DNA of 63,823 nt, filler included, from Chiloscyllium plagiosum (Eukaryota), in NCBI RefSeq assembly GCF_004010195.1. It is 4 parts of one record of this genome, joined end to end, with 100 filler letters (N's around TTAATTAATTAA, not from the genome) between each part and the next. Parts side by side here need not be neighbours in the genome. Positions count along the whole stretch, not along the records: positions 46,550 to 63,823 come from NC_057715.1; 3 more parts are not named here. One strand, written 5' to 3'. Shown here piece after piece: positions 63,096 to 63,823 of this stretch. Under the pieces are notes generated by a model, which saw only the letters and a list, made by a program, of their open reading frames with translations, searched no databases and was not told the origin of the DNA. The translations under genes and the position numbers were made by a program. Position 1 is the stretch's first letter. Each line of letters begins with the position of its first letter.

Positions 63096-63823
63096 TCTGA
63101 CACGTGCAACCAGTCCATATTGGCAAACTGATTTCATTAAATTGCCCAAAACAGATATTAGATTCCCGATTTGTATAAAAATCAACTTTATATCACCTTC
63201 AGGTGGGTACCATGTCCTAACTCTATAACAAATGCTGCATTTTTGTGTGGTCTATGCCTGCATATTGCACTCCATTTGCTTCAGCAGTGCCTGTCTTTTA
63301 CCCACAAGGAAAAAGTGTGTAGTGAGTTTATAAGCTAAATCTATTCAAATTTTGTTTTATGCTTGTTTCCATTTTGCCCAGTATTTTTTTTCCTGGCCTT
63401 CCTATTGGCAGGTGTTTTAACAATAGCTTAATGCTTAAAATGCTAATATTTTCATGTACTTTTTGATTGCCTTGCAAGAGTTGTAAATGTTAATTTAATC
63501 ACTATGTATCTTAGGTGCAGAAATGTAACTTTTACCACATTAACAGAGCTACAGCTAGAATATTTTATTTGTTCATGCTACACTGTCAATGAACAGAGAG
63601 AAATTCCTTAGGTTTTAATTCTTCATAGTCATGATTCCAGCATGATGTGCATCTCTTGTGCTGGAATTGCAGAGACTGCAATTCTTTTCTTTTTTTTTCA
63701 CATTTGTTATCAGAATGTTGAAGTATTTATTACCTATTTGTCTTTCCCAAAAGGAAATTCTGGGAGGTCCAATGAAACAAATTATGTCTTTCTGGTGATG
63801 ATGCCTCCAATGACCTATATTTT

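Noticed and set aside
1..63823. CRISPR arrays, operons, rRNA genes
   Set aside because: Eukaryotic repeat landscape with no regularly spaced repeat-spacer array or rRNA-like sequence.

Overview
This is a repeat-rich, non-coding stretch of a cartilaginous fish (shark) genome, probably intronic or intergenic. The taxon is inferred from many HE1-type V-SINEs and their partner HER1/CR1 LINEs. I could not support any host-gene exon, and most ORFs in the track are retroelement fragments or chance ORFs. The window holds two head-to-tail L1 5' ends (one with an open ORF1 running off the window edge), many CR1 fragments including an SGNH-esterase ORF1, and Rex1/Babar, RTE and L2/Crack-like LINE pieces. 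It also holds DeuSINE-like remnants, a Tigger-like MITE, a Harbinger transposase fossil and a decayed Penelope-like element (RT + GIY-YIG). The most notable structure is at least three Penelope-like families whose pseudo-LTRs (pLTRs) carry minimal type I hammerhead ribozyme motifs (CUGA(U/A)GA-stem II-GAAA-palindromic ACGU/AGCU-UH). These often occur as ~170-215 bp fold-back (palindromic) insertions with 12-16 bp target-site duplications (TSDs), and the inversion centre lies at or near the ribozyme. Three 100-bp N44-TTAATTAATTAA-N44 blocks are assembly spacers. Family names were assigned by eye from recalled motifs, not from database searches.
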